From assembly GCA_964572415.1 (NCBI GenBank), contig CAZNHN010000002.1, positions 2,381 to 66,380 on the forward strand: a stretch of 64,000 nt of DNA. Direction: 5' to 3'. The position numbers and the translations under genes are program-made. The DNA is from an uncultured Phaeodactylibacter sp. (lineage in GTDB: Bacteria; Bacteroidota; Bacteroidia; Chitinophagales; Saprospiraceae). Shown here piece by piece: positions 17,601-26,954 of the stretch. Below the pieces are notes generated by a model, which was given only the letters and a program-made list of their open reading frames with translations, was not told the origin of the DNA and searched no databases. How positions within the stretch are numbered: position 1 is the first letter of the stretch; every line of letters begins with the position of its first letter.

Positions 17601-17949
17601 CGGCCAAAATGCCCGCCTGCGCTGTGATGTCTTCAAACTGAAGGTTGCCCTTGTTCAGGTAGAGCTTGTCGGGTTGCTCGTTGGCGGTGAAGAAGAGGTC
17701 TTCCAGTCCATCGTTATTGATGTCACCCACCGCAACGCCGCCGCCGTTGTAGTAATACAGGTACTCAATGATGTTGCGGTCCAGGTCATCAGACAACTGA
17801 TTGACAAAGCTAATGCCTGTTTCCTCAGGCCCGAGCGTACGCATAGTACCGGGGGCCACCTCACCTGCAGACGAGGGGTCTCCCCCGCAGGCACTTAATG
17901 ACCATAACAGCAATACAGCAAACCCCTGAAAAACCCCAACTTTATTCAT
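14692..17949 (-). CDS. FG-GAP/VCBS repeat + ASPIC/UnbV domain lipoprotein (CRTAC1-like), copy 3
   Basis: YYNGGGVAVGDINNDG, repeated DxNxDG motifs, GYQSSVSHRLHFGLG (ASPIC). Start at ATG 17949 (MNKVG...SAC lipobox), overlapping the upstream stop in ATGAATAA. Confidence 0.9.
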   Translation of the reverse strand: MNKVGVFQGFAVLLLWSLSACGGDPSSAGEVAPGTMRTLGPEETGISFVNQLSDDLDRNIIEYLYYYNGGGVAVGDINNDGLEDLFFTANEQPDKLYLNKGNLQFEDITAQAGILADDAWSTGVSMVDINNDGYVDIHVCKVGVGIMPAAHNLLYLNQQDGTFKESSKDLGLNIQAFSTQACFLDYDLDMYLLNHNVHSVRSYGTIKKRKETDPWAGDRFLENRLNEAEGQFVDVTEATGIYNSPLGYGLAVAATDLNGDGYTDIYIGNDFHENDYIYLNNGDKTFREAIKDWTDHTTQFSMGVDIADLNNDQLPDIFSTDMLPFDEEIYLKSGGEDTDQLKRIKEDLGYEEQYARNHLQLNSGKAYFTDLALQTRTFATDWSWGVLLQDFDNNGWKDIFITNGIVKRPNDLDYINYLNSESIAKLDEDDPERTRKLIEKLPSEKLHNILFLQQSELEFTDLESSKVGTPTFSNGVAYADLDKDGYLEAIVNNINEPAQILTWKDRAVGGNYLSLHLKNKTGKTTLGTKAYVYAGGRTLYQELQVVKGYQSSVSHRLHFGLGDASQVDSVRIIWPGQGIQVLSGLSVNQHLEVERPAPDVLIATAGNPVEAQAFEVFPLQHEENPYEDYEKEKLMPERLSQEGPAVLYEDLNADGVKDLIIGGAHGYPMRLLQGQADGTFRNLEVEAFTRDAGYEDADFAVIDFDADGDLDLYAVSGGGAAKELEKALEDRLYLNNGNMDFRRVQLSLPHTNGSVVAVADFNKDGYEDLFVGARSIPGSYGLSPYSFILTNLQGRGVDIAYQHRFGMVTDAKWADFDQDDDLDLIICGDWMPVTILENDGEGALEYLPEEANGPALTGFWTKLAVADVNQDGQLDIFAGNLGTNSLMQASPEAPVKLYLGDFDENGFVDPLIFFQYYDRYVPLGSKDKLLSQLPGLKKDFISYSKYAEVASFEALLPEGQEFLVEEKQAETLQSMLFLSTADGGYEAQPLPAQAQWGTIQDMWWEEEPRQLYYISSNAELMAVHGNSQSARGGVLVGYDTTDSSFKAVQSLNLPTGVQARALLPLGEGKLLLITNNDYPYLLSSR

Positions 17950-20900
17950 AGTTAATCTGATATGTCTTGATCTCATCATCATTCCGAAAAATATAAACCA
18001 ACTCGTTGATGAGCTGAATGTCACGAATTTCGCCTTTAACGCCAAATCCAAGTTCGACAGCGCGGTCGGTAAATTGCCCTTTTCCATCGTTGATCAGGCA
18101 ATTCCCGTAGGAGGCGTCATAAATACCTATTTCAGGCTGTACTTTATACAGGTTGCCGCCGAGCAGTAAATCCGGCTTGCCATCTTTATTTACATCTGCC
18201 GCTTCAATGGCGTAGACCGGGCTGAACTGCACCGTTACCGGAAGGACCTGCTTTTCGAATTGCCCCCCGCCGAGGTTGCGCAGCACTACAGACCGCAGTT
18301 CATTGGCTTCCAGCACCGCTGTATTTTCCAGTTGTTGCTCACTAAAAATCTGGGTGATATCCGCCTCCTTGAAAGACTGGAAATCCGGGTATTGCTTTTT
18401 GAGGTACGGCATCTGCTTGGTAAGGTTGTGCCGCAGGGCGTAGGGATAGTCTTTCCCGTTGTCTGCGTTGAATGTCAGAATGCTTTCCGGGAAGTTATTG
18501 TTGTCAAAATCGTTGTAGTACAGGCGCAGCGGGTGTTCGGCAGTGCCGCGGATACGGCTGTTGGTGCCCAGGTTGCCGAGTACCAGGTCTTCATTGCCAT
18601 CGCCATCCAAATCGGCCACCTCCAGTGCTGTCCAAAGCCCGGCATTGGGAAACGACAGCGGCTGCCTGCGCAGGCTTGAGCCTTCGTTTATCAAAATGTG
18701 TACTTCCATAAATTCTCCGGCCACCACCAGATCGGGGCGTTCATCCTTATTCAGATCGCACCACCGGGCGCTTGTGATCATACCTATATTGGACAGTTCG
18801 GGATAATATTGTTCGGTCACATCACGGAAGTTGCCTGTTCCATCGTTTTCCAGGATGAAGCCTGAGCATTTGGCACCATACTTCCCGACTTTGATCCGCT
18901 CTCCGACAAAGAGGTCCAGGTCACCATCGCCGTCGATGTCCCGGGAGTCTACTGCGAGGGTGCTCATTTTTTGATCGTTGGGGAAGACCTGCCGGTGCTC
19001 CGTAAACTGCCCGGTGCCGTCATTGAACCAAATCTCATCGTGCAACAGGTTGGAGTATTCCGTGATCTCTACACCTCCGCTTACAAGGTAGAGGTCGAGA
19101 TCGCCGTCGCCATCTGCATCAAAAAGGTGAGCCGTGAGGTGTTCTGCCCCGGCGTCGATCTGCTCCAGCACGGTTTTGGAAAAGCGCCCATCTGCCTGCC
19201 CGAAATAAGCCACACAGGGGGCACCTTTGGGCCCAGGTATTACGATATCGGTATAGCCATCGCCGTTCAGGTCACCCTGCCCTGCCCGGGGGCCTTCGGT
19301 GCTATGCCCGTGGTAGAGCAGGCGCTCCCGGTTGAAGTCCACATAATTGTTCTCTTCGTGCGTGTAGTCAATGGGAGAGACTACAGGCTCGAACACCTTG
19401 CCAGAGGCGGTATTTTCGGAAGCCATAGAAGCAGTAGCCTGCCCGCTGGAAGAAGCCACCGTCAAAGTCTGATTCGCCTCGACTGTACCAAGTTGCGTCA
19501 CTTTTCCGTCCGGCCAGGTGATGGTCACCTCAGCCTGCGCCGCCTTGCCGATACCGACCACTACCGCCGGGTCTACGCTCGACTGAAAGCCCCGTGTGGG
19601 CTGATTTTCCACCCGCCAGGTCTGATCACCTGCCCGAATTTCCACTTTGCTGCCAATGGCGAAGGTGTTCTGCCCTTCGCCCCGCAGGTGAAACTTCAGG
19701 TAGTTGCCGCCCGCGCCCTGGTTTTCGTAGACAAAACAGGGCATGCTCACATTATTGACCACAAGGTCGAGATCGCCATCGTTGTCCAGGTCGCCGTAGG
19801 CAGAGCCATTGGAAAAGCTGGGCGTTTGCAGCCCGCTTGCTTCGTATGCCTCGAAGGAAAGCCCGCCCAGGTTTTTAAAGGCGTGGTTAGGCACCTTGTT
19901 GGAGGGGATGATGTCGATCAGCTCCTTGTAGTTGACTCCTTTGTCAGAAATGATGGACTGTATGACCGATTCATTGGCGATGTACTGCAGGTAGTCCTGA
20001 TCAGTGAGGTCTTTGTAAATGCCGTTGGCGATGAAAAGGTCTTCGTACCCATCGTTGTCCATATCGAAGAACAGAGCGCCCCAGCTCCAGTCGGAAGCTT
20101 CCACGCCTGCCAGCCGGGAGATTTCGCTGAAGGTGTTGTTGCCCCGGTTGAGGTGCAGCACGTTGCGGGTGAACTGATGATGATAGCCGTTGGTGACGTT
20201 GTACTGGTACTTATCCCAACCCTCAAAGGTGGTAACCGATTTGAGGCGGCTGTAGTCAGAAGGCAACATTTCCGTCACGAAAATATCCTGATAGCCATCG
20301 TTATCAATATCGGCCATATCGGCTCCCATAGAAGCTCCACTAATAGAATTAATCTGATTGACCAGATCCTCTTTGAACGTGCCGTCCTGCTGATTGATAT
20401 AAAGATAATCGCGCTCGAAGAAGTCATTGGAGATGAAGAGGTCTTCCCAGTTGTCGTTATTGACATCGCCCACGGTTACGCCCAGCCCAAAGCCAATCAC
20501 ACTGCCGTAAATGCCGGCCTCTTCGCTCACATCTACGAACCGGCCTCCTTCGTTGCGCATCAACTTATCCCCTCCGAGTTCATCGCGTTTCGGGCGTTCG
20601 TTTTTGCGCAGGTTGAAGCTGCCAATGGCCTGGAAGGAATTATTGAGAATGTACACATCGAGGTCACCGTCCTTATCGTAATCGAAGAAACTCGCATGGG
20701 TGGAATACCCTTTGTCATTCAGGTTGTAGGCCTCCGCCTGTTCCTCAAAACGCAGATCGCCCTGATTGATGAACAGCTCGTTTTCTTTGTTGTCTCCTTC
20801 CACATCGCCGGAATTGCAAACATAAATATCGAGCAGGCCATCGCCATTAACGTCTACCATAGTGACACCGGTGGACCAGGCACGCTGCCCGCCTACGCCC

Positions 20901-21229
20901 GCCTGTTCCGAGATGTCTTCAAACTGCCAGTTGCCTTTGTTCAGGAACAGTTTATTGCTGGTTTGATTGGCGGTCAGGTAGATATCAACCAGCCCGTCGT
21001 TGTTGATATCCCCGATCGCCACACCACCGCCGTTGTAGAAGTTGCGGTATTTATAGACGTTGAAGTCTTTGGTGTAAGTGAGGTCATTGCTAAAGTTGAT
21101 CCCCACCTCAGCATTATCCCTCAGCGTAAATAGCGGAGCGGAAGAGGACTGAGGGCCGGAACCTTCCGGCTCACAGCTCAGGAGGAACAAAAGGGGAACG
21201 ATCCAAAATGCAGTAGGTGCTTTCATCAT
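17942..21229 (-). CDS. FG-GAP/VCBS repeat + ASPIC/UnbV domain lipoprotein, copy 2
   Basis: Lipobox LLSC; FYNGGGVAIGDINNDG; SDWSWG; RGFQSSVDPAVVVGIG. Confidence 0.92.
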   Translation of the reverse strand: MMKAPTAFWIVPLLFLLSCEPEGSGPQSSSAPLFTLRDNAEVGINFSNDLTYTKDFNVYKYRNFYNGGGVAIGDINNDGLVDIYLTANQTSNKLFLNKGNWQFEDISEQAGVGGQRAWSTGVTMVDVNGDGLLDIYVCNSGDVEGDNKENELFINQGDLRFEEQAEAYNLNDKGYSTHASFFDYDKDGDLDVYILNNSFQAIGSFNLRKNERPKRDELGGDKLMRNEGGRFVDVSEEAGIYGSVIGFGLGVTVGDVNNDNWEDLFISNDFFERDYLYINQQDGTFKEDLVNQINSISGASMGADMADIDNDGYQDIFVTEMLPSDYSRLKSVTTFEGWDKYQYNVTNGYHHQFTRNVLHLNRGNNTFSEISRLAGVEASDWSWGALFFDMDNDGYEDLFIANGIYKDLTDQDYLQYIANESVIQSIISDKGVNYKELIDIIPSNKVPNHAFKNLGGLSFEAYEASGLQTPSFSNGSAYGDLDNDGDLDLVVNNVSMPCFVYENQGAGGNYLKFHLRGEGQNTFAIGSKVEIRAGDQTWRVENQPTRGFQSSVDPAVVVGIGKAAQAEVTITWPDGKVTQLGTVEANQTLTVASSSGQATASMASENTASGKVFEPVVSPIDYTHEENNYVDFNRERLLYHGHSTEGPRAGQGDLNGDGYTDIVIPGPKGAPCVAYFGQADGRFSKTVLEQIDAGAEHLTAHLFDADGDGDLDLYLVSGGVEITEYSNLLHDEIWFNDGTGQFTEHRQVFPNDQKMSTLAVDSRDIDGDGDLDLFVGERIKVGKYGAKCSGFILENDGTGNFRDVTEQYYPELSNIGMITSARWCDLNKDERPDLVVAGEFMEVHILINEGSSLRRQPLSFPNAGLWTALEVADLDGDGNEDLVLGNLGTNSRIRGTAEHPLRLYYNDFDNNNFPESILTFNADNGKDYPYALRHNLTKQMPYLKKQYPDFQSFKEADITQIFSEQQLENTAVLEANELRSVVLRNLGGGQFEKQVLPVTVQFSPVYAIEAADVNKDGKPDLLLGGNLYKVQPEIGIYDASYGNCLINDGKGQFTDRAVELGFGVKGEIRDIQLINELVYIFRNDDEIKTYQINYE

Positions 21230-21855
21230 TTGTCAAACTTATAGCGTAAGTCTTCAATACGGACTTTTACATCCTTCTTATTTACAGGGTACATGAGTAT
21301 TTGACGATTCCCGTCAATTTTGACCAGAGCCGGCGCCTTGAGCCCCTCTACCTCCAGCTTAATAAAGTCATTGCCAGGGTAACCCTGTAAATACTGCTCA
21401 CGGAGATGGTTCATGAGGGTATCAGCGTACCGGTCCCGGTTCCAGGGCGCCCAGGTCTGATAGGCATACTTCATATCCATGCCGCGCATCACGTCATCCT
21501 CATCAAAAATACCGTAGAACAGCATGTCCTTGGCTCTTGACAAATCGCCGGTGATGGTATCCGCATCCACCACACATTTAGCGTACTGATTACCGGTGCC
21601 TGACGTAATAAGTTTTTGCTTGTTCAGCTCCCAGCAAATGGCATAAAATTCTTTCTTGGTCTGGCCCATTCGCATCCCCAAGATGAGGCTGTCCCGAATT
21701 TCCCCGGTACCTAATTCCCGGTCTACATACTGATGATACTCTGACTTACAGCTCTGAAAGGCCACCACCAGCACTCCAAAAAGTAAAAGGCGTTTGGTAG
21801 TGGAACAAAACCCGTTGTGGATTTTCTTTTTCGAGAAGCCCTTAATCCAACTCAT
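21226..21855 (-). CDS. Hypothetical lipoprotein
   Basis: Hydrophobic stretch and lipobox LLLFGVLVVAFQSC; overlaps both neighbours (operonic). Start uncertain (21855 or 21873). Confidence 0.7.
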   Translation of the reverse strand: MSWIKGFSKKKIHNGFCSTTKRLLLFGVLVVAFQSCKSEYHQYVDRELGTGEIRDSLILGMRMGQTKKEFYAICWELNKQKLITSGTGNQYAKCVVDADTITGDLSRAKDMLFYGIFDEDDVMRGMDMKYAYQTWAPWNRDRYADTLMNHLREQYLQGYPGNDFIKLEVEGLKAPALVKIDGNRQILMYPVNKKDVKVRIEDLRYKFDK

Positions 21856-24800
21856 ACCACTGAATTTTATCATCGTTTAAGCCAATAATAATTTGATTTT
21901 CGTTGATGCCTGAAAAATTTCTCACCTGACCATTGAGGCTCAGCATCCGACATTCTTCAAAGACAATGGCCTCTCCTGTCCTGCGCCCTTTGCAAAGGCA
22001 GCCTTTGGAGGCATCCTGACGGCCAAACTGCGGCTTAACCCGGTAGTCGTTACCACCGAGCAATACATCCGGGGCGCCGTCCTCATCCACATCTCTGATC
22101 AATATGGCATGTACACTGCTGTATTGCGCTTCGGCTGGTAATGGCTGAAGGCGGAGTTGCCCGTTGTCATTCCACAGTACGGCACTTCGCCGTTCTTTCA
22201 GTTGTAGCTTCCGCGCTTCAGCAAGCTTTTCCTCCGGGATCAGGGCTTGCAGTGGAGCCTTTGAGAAAGCTTCGTAGCGGCGGTACTTTTTCCTGAGGAC
22301 CGGCATTTGCATGTAAAGCTCGTCAATTGCCTGAATGGGATAATGCCCGTCCTCCCTTTTGGTGCAGGCAATCTGCTCGGGCGTTCCGTTTTGGTCGAAA
22401 TCGGCCACAAACACCATATGCCCTTCTCGGAAAAAGTTGTTGGTTCCAAGGTTGCCCAGGACAAAGTCAGGGTCGCCATCTTCGTCCAGATCTGCCAATT
22501 CTATTGCCTGCCACCATCCGTCCGTATCCGATAGCACTTCTTTTCGAAAGGCCCCTTCTTCATTGTACAAGACAGTTAATGGCATATAAGCCCCGGCCAG
22601 CAGCACATCCACCCATCCATTGCCATCAATATCGGCGGTAGACAGGGCTGTGATCATACCTAAATCCTGACCAGCTTCTGTATTCAGTAATTCAAACTGA
22701 TTATCTCCCCGGTTGCGCCAAATCAGGCAACTGCCCGGCAGACCGTGCACATTGGTCTTCATGGCTTCTGCCACTACGATATCGGGCAGCCCGTCCTGAT
22801 CAAAATCAGCTATACCTACGGCCCCGGTGGAGAGCGGGTAGGGAAAGTCAAGTGCGCCTTCTGCCTGTTTAAAGCGGCCCGTGCCATCATTAAGATAAAG
22901 GGCGTCGTGCAATTCCGGGGAATACTCCGAAAAGGCTTTGCCCCCATGCCCTATGTACAGGTCAAGATCACCATCCAAATCGCTGTCGAAAAAGACGGCA
23001 TCTGTCACCTCGGACCGGCGAGAATCACCCAACGAGGCTTGTGCCAAAAAGCCGTTCGCTGTCGCCAGGTATAATACCGACTCCTGATTCTTTCCACCCC
23101 CGGCAAAAAAGTCCTGCCGGCCATCACCATTCACATCTGCACATGCCAGGACGGGCCCCTTGCCTCCGGGCATCGTGAGCAACATACGCTCCCGGCCGAA
23201 GAAATTGAGGTTCACTTCTTCGTGTTCAAAATGGACAGGGGGCTCTATGGCTTTCCAAACCGGCTTGGGCGGGGCCCACAGAATGGGCTGCTCTCCTGTA
23301 ACTTCGACCGCATCGTAGCTAATGTCATGAATCTGATCGGCCGGTAAATCCGTGCGGATACTCACCTCCCCGTTTGGCCAGATCACGTAAAGGCTGTCAA
23401 CTGCTGTCTTTTGCCCCAGCCCAAAGAATACCGGCACAGCGGAGCTACTCTGAAAGCCTTTAGTGGGATAATACTCAAAGAGGCTGCGCAGGCTATCCGC
23501 CACGATCAGCACTTTGGTGCCGATACCCTGCCGGTTGCCTCCGGTGAACTCCAGCCGGAAGGCGATGCTGTGGGCCTGACTGCGCGGGGTATTGTTGCGG
23601 TAAATCGTTGCCGGCTGATCGATATTGTTGACGACCAGGTCCAGGTCGCCGTCGTTATCCAGGTCGCCGTAGGCGCTGCCGTTGCTGAACGTTGGGGTTT
23701 CAAAGCCCCAGTTTTGGCTTTGGTAGGAAAACTGCAGGTTGCCTTCATTGCGGAAGAGGGCGTTGCGGACCGGCGAGGAGGGCATAATGTCGATCAGCTT
23801 TTTCAGTACCTCTTCATCTTCGTTGATCATGGCGCGCACGTGGGTTTCATTGGCCATGTAGTTGAGGTAGTCTTTATCGAGCAGGTCAGAACGGATGCCA
23901 TTGCTGACGAAGATGTCCCGCAGCCCATCGGCATCATAATCCTGCATCAGGGCAGACCAGCTCCAGTCGGTGCTTTCCACACCAGCAGCTCTGCCTAATT
24001 CGATGAACTCCTGTCCGTTTAGGTTTTTATGCAGGACGTTGCGGGCAAACTGATGGTGATAGCCTTTCTTTACACTAAGCTGGTATTTGTCCCACTCTTC
24101 GTAGACGGTCTTGGTCTTCTTACGATCGTCATCGCGGGGGAGCATTTCGGTGACAAAAATTTCGGAGAGCAGATCGTTGTCCAGGTCGCAGGCATCAGCC
24201 CCCATAGACCCCATAGACAGGGACATAAAGCTGGAGTCTGAAGTTTCGGTAAAGGTACCATCCTGATTATTGAAGTAGAGGTAGTCTTTCTCGAAAAAGT
24301 CATTGGACAGGAAAATATCCGGCCAGCCATCCTGATTGAAATCGGCCAGGGTGATGCCCAGCCCATAACCGATGCGGCTGGCATAAATCCCGGCTTCCCG
24401 GGTCACATCGACAAAGGTGCCGTTCCGGTTTTCCAGCAATTTATTGCCTTCCGGGTCGTAAACATCGCGCAGCCCTTCCTGCATATCAAAGCCGCCTACG
24501 GAACGCAGGGAATTGTTAAGCAGGTAGCAATCAAGGTCACCATCGAGGTCATAATCAAAGAAAGCGGACTGAATAGACAGACCGGTAAAGTCCAGGCCAT
24601 ACTTTTTGGACTCCTCGGTAAAGGTAAGGTCGCCCTGATTGATAAACAGCTCATTATGGCGTTTGGGGCCACCGGGTTTACCGGCTTTACAGACATAGAT
24701 ATCGAGCCAGCCATCGCCGTTGATATCGACAAAGTTGACGCCGGATGTCCAAACACCAGCACAGGCGATGCCTGCCTTTTCAGTAATATCTTCAAATTGC

Positions 24801-25252
24801 AGCCCGCCTTTATTGAGGTATAATTTGTTGGGTACCAGATTACCGGCGAAGTAGAGGTCTTGTAACCCGTCATTATTGATGTCGCCGATGGCTACGCCGC
24901 CACCATTGTAAAAATTCCGGTAGGTATAAGGATTGTAGTCTTCGGTATAATGCAAATCGTTGGAAAAGAGGATGCCCGTATCTTCCGGGCTTAGGGCAGA
25001 GAAAACTTTCTTCGGTTGCCTGTTACAACTGAAGCAAACACAGAAAAGAAGTAGAGCAGGGATTCCTTTCAGGAAAGGCTTATTGACAGAAGCCCCACGA
25101 GGTAGTTGGGCAAAAATGAAATGCACAACTTTCGAAGAGCTTTTGCCCCAACATCCCTCAAAATCCGTCCTCTGCTTGGTTTTTCGCGCCGCAGGAACAA
25201 AACCAGTTACGCGTTTTATTTTTCGGGAAGCCCTAAGAAAAAAATCGTGCAT
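21842..25252 (-). CDS. FG-GAP/VCBS repeat + ASPIC/UnbV domain lipoprotein, copy 1
   Basis: Lipobox CFSC; FYNGGGVAIGDINNDG; TDWSWS; KGFQSSSAVPVFFGLG. The true start is probably downstream of 25252 (e.g. GTG 25126). Confidence 0.9.
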   Translation of the reverse strand: MHDFFLRASRKIKRVTGFVPAARKTKQRTDFEGCWGKSSSKVVHFIFAQLPRGASVNKPFLKGIPALLLFCVCFSCNRQPKKVFSALSPEDTGILFSNDLHYTEDYNPYTYRNFYNGGGVAIGDINNDGLQDLYFAGNLVPNKLYLNKGGLQFEDITEKAGIACAGVWTSGVNFVDINGDGWLDIYVCKAGKPGGPKRHNELFINQGDLTFTEESKKYGLDFTGLSIQSAFFDYDLDGDLDCYLLNNSLRSVGGFDMQEGLRDVYDPEGNKLLENRNGTFVDVTREAGIYASRIGYGLGITLADFNQDGWPDIFLSNDFFEKDYLYFNNQDGTFTETSDSSFMSLSMGSMGADACDLDNDLLSEIFVTEMLPRDDDRKKTKTVYEEWDKYQLSVKKGYHHQFARNVLHKNLNGQEFIELGRAAGVESTDWSWSALMQDYDADGLRDIFVSNGIRSDLLDKDYLNYMANETHVRAMINEDEEVLKKLIDIMPSSPVRNALFRNEGNLQFSYQSQNWGFETPTFSNGSAYGDLDNDGDLDLVVNNIDQPATIYRNNTPRSQAHSIAFRLEFTGGNRQGIGTKVLIVADSLRSLFEYYPTKGFQSSSAVPVFFGLGQKTAVDSLYVIWPNGEVSIRTDLPADQIHDISYDAVEVTGEQPILWAPPKPVWKAIEPPVHFEHEEVNLNFFGRERMLLTMPGGKGPVLACADVNGDGRQDFFAGGGKNQESVLYLATANGFLAQASLGDSRRSEVTDAVFFDSDLDGDLDLYIGHGGKAFSEYSPELHDALYLNDGTGRFKQAEGALDFPYPLSTGAVGIADFDQDGLPDIVVAEAMKTNVHGLPGSCLIWRNRGDNQFELLNTEAGQDLGMITALSTADIDGNGWVDVLLAGAYMPLTVLYNEEGAFRKEVLSDTDGWWQAIELADLDEDGDPDFVLGNLGTNNFFREGHMVFVADFDQNGTPEQIACTKREDGHYPIQAIDELYMQMPVLRKKYRRYEAFSKAPLQALIPEEKLAEARKLQLKERRSAVLWNDNGQLRLQPLPAEAQYSSVHAILIRDVDEDGAPDVLLGGNDYRVKPQFGRQDASKGCLCKGRRTGEAIVFEECRMLSLNGQVRNFSGINENQIIIGLNDDKIQWYELD

Positions 25253-25280
25253 AGAGCAGAATGGTTAGGGTATCAATAAG

Positions 25281-25313
25281 TATCCCGGACCCCTGTAAGA
25301 GGAGCCCGGGATA
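25281..25313 (-). terminator. Stem-loop between susD and the first VCBS gene
   Basis: Minus-strand RNA UAUCCCGGGCUCCU-cuuac-AGGGGUCCGGGAUA pairs fully, with two G-U wobbles, only on the transcribed strand. Confidence 0.6.
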
Positions 25314-25337
25314 ACATCATTATCTATAAATCAGGGA

Positions 25338-26939
25338 TTAGTACCCTGGGTTCTGTGTCAATCCGCCACCAGCATTAATTTGCTCCTGTGGGATTGGGAA
25401 GATATTTACAAACGGTTCGGAAGCAGGCTTCTCCCACCACTCGTCGTTGTACTTACCAAAGCGGATCAGGTCAGTACGGCGAGCCGTTTCCACAAACATC
25501 TCACGACCACGCTCTGCGAGGAATTCCTCCTCTGTCAGGTTACCGTTGTATTCATCAACACCGGCACGGGCACGCAATACGTTTACATCAGCTTCGGCTG
25601 CAGACCAGTTACCTGCCTGGCGGGCAACTGCCTCAGCACGGATCAGGTAAACTTCACCCAAACGGACGATTGGAAAGTCGTTATCCATCTCTGCACGACC
25701 AAACTGCTTGTAGCTAAACTTAGCTGCACGTGCACCAGCTTCACGCAGTGAGTTTGGCGTCAGTTCGTTGATTTCCGGTGTATAATCCAGCTGAATATTA
25801 TCATCATCGGCTGCGTAGTCAAGCAAAGGCTGACCACTGAAGTCCAACTGCGGACCAACGATGAAGTTATTCTCCTTACGGAGGTCTCTGTCATCGTAAG
25901 AGTTGTAGAACTCCTCGAGGGTCGCATAACCATTCCATGGCTGCTCCTGGAAGTTCCAGGTAAACTGGCTGGAGTAGTGCAAATTCATTTGACCGAAGTT
26001 CATTCCAGCACCTGTTGCTTCATCGTAGCGTACAGAAAAGATGTGCTCAGGGTTGCCCTCGTTGTTGGGAGCGAATACGGCTGCATAGCCCTCCAACGTC
26101 TCAGGATCCTCAGCGACGCGTGGACGCTTGCCCAGGTTAGGGACGGAGCAGCCTTCGCCACAAAGGACGTACTGACCGCTATCAATAATGAAAGACGCTG
26201 CTATTTCAGCTTTGTCATACATAGCAGTACCTGTGTATACTTCAGCATTGAGGTATAGCTTTGCCAGTATACCAAGCGCACCATAACGGTTCATGGTATA
26301 AGCGGATCCGCCATCAGCCAACAGGCTGCTGCTCAGATCCATAGACTCGCTTACTTCATCAATTCCCAAAGCAGTGAGGAGTTCACTCTCTACGAAATTG
26401 AACACTTCCTGACGGGAAGCCTGGGGTGGATCAGGGTTTTCTTCCGTTACCAGCTTTACCCGACCATAAGAATCGAGCAATCGCCAATAGAAATAAGCCC
26501 GTATCGCACGTGCCTGAGCGGTTTCAGCCTCCGTCAGATTACCACTACCCAAATTGTCATTCGCTGTTGCAATAGCATTATAGGTAGCAACCCATGCTCC
26601 GTTAATAAATGGATGGTTGGCCGTGTAAGTATGCCGATGCAGACGAATCAGGTCACCACCGTCAAACCAGTCACCGCCTTTAGCGCCGATAAACTGCTCG
26701 TCAGTCGTAATTTCCTGAATGGAATAATAGCCACCGTGGTTGGCAGTACCGGAGCTGCGTAACTCACCATACAGAGCAGTCAGTGCTCCTTCACTGGATC
26801 CGCCGCCGCCTATGTTGATGCCTTCAACGACGACATCTTCAGTGATATCGCCTACCAGTTCTTCCTCCAGGTCGGTACAAGCCGCCATCGAAAGACCCAG
26901 GCACGCAATTAAAGAATATTTAAAAAGTTTTTTCATCAC
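25338..26939 (-). CDS. RagB/SusD family nutrient-binding outer-membrane lipoprotein
   Basis: Lipobox MAAC; ARAIRAYFYWRLLDSYG; IVRLGEVYLIRAEA; ERGREMFVETARRTDLIRFG; PIPQEQI...QNPGY. Confidence 0.95.
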   Translation of the reverse strand: MMKKLFKYSLIACLGLSMAACTDLEEELVGDITEDVVVEGINIGGGGSSEGALTALYGELRSSGTANHGGYYSIQEITTDEQFIGAKGGDWFDGGDLIRLHRHTYTANHPFINGAWVATYNAIATANDNLGSGNLTEAETAQARAIRAYFYWRLLDSYGRVKLVTEENPDPPQASRQEVFNFVESELLTALGIDEVSESMDLSSSLLADGGSAYTMNRYGALGILAKLYLNAEVYTGTAMYDKAEIAASFIIDSGQYVLCGEGCSVPNLGKRPRVAEDPETLEGYAAVFAPNNEGNPEHIFSVRYDEATGAGMNFGQMNLHYSSQFTWNFQEQPWNGYATLEEFYNSYDDRDLRKENNFIVGPQLDFSGQPLLDYAADDDNIQLDYTPEINELTPNSLREAGARAAKFSYKQFGRAEMDNDFPIVRLGEVYLIRAEAVARQAGNWSAAEADVNVLRARAGVDEYNGNLTEEEFLAERGREMFVETARRTDLIRFGKYNDEWWEKPASEPFVNIFPIPQEQINAGGGLTQNPGY

Positions 26940-26954
26940 TTTTTAGTTTTCAAG

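Noticed and set aside
17950-18087. ORF-track N-terminal extension of VCBS copy 3 (similarly 5994..6020, 2281..2379, 31866..31955, 60581..60604)
   Set aside because: The extensions overlap upstream genes or precede better starts with signal peptides or translational coupling.
18971-21133. 720 aa plus-strand ORF (also 16876..17898 and other long antisense ORFs over the VCBS, susC and T9SS genes)
   Set aside because: Antisense shadows of well-supported minus-strand genes; no motifs, and the Val/Ile/Asp-rich composition is what the reverse complement of Asp/Asn-rich repeats produces.
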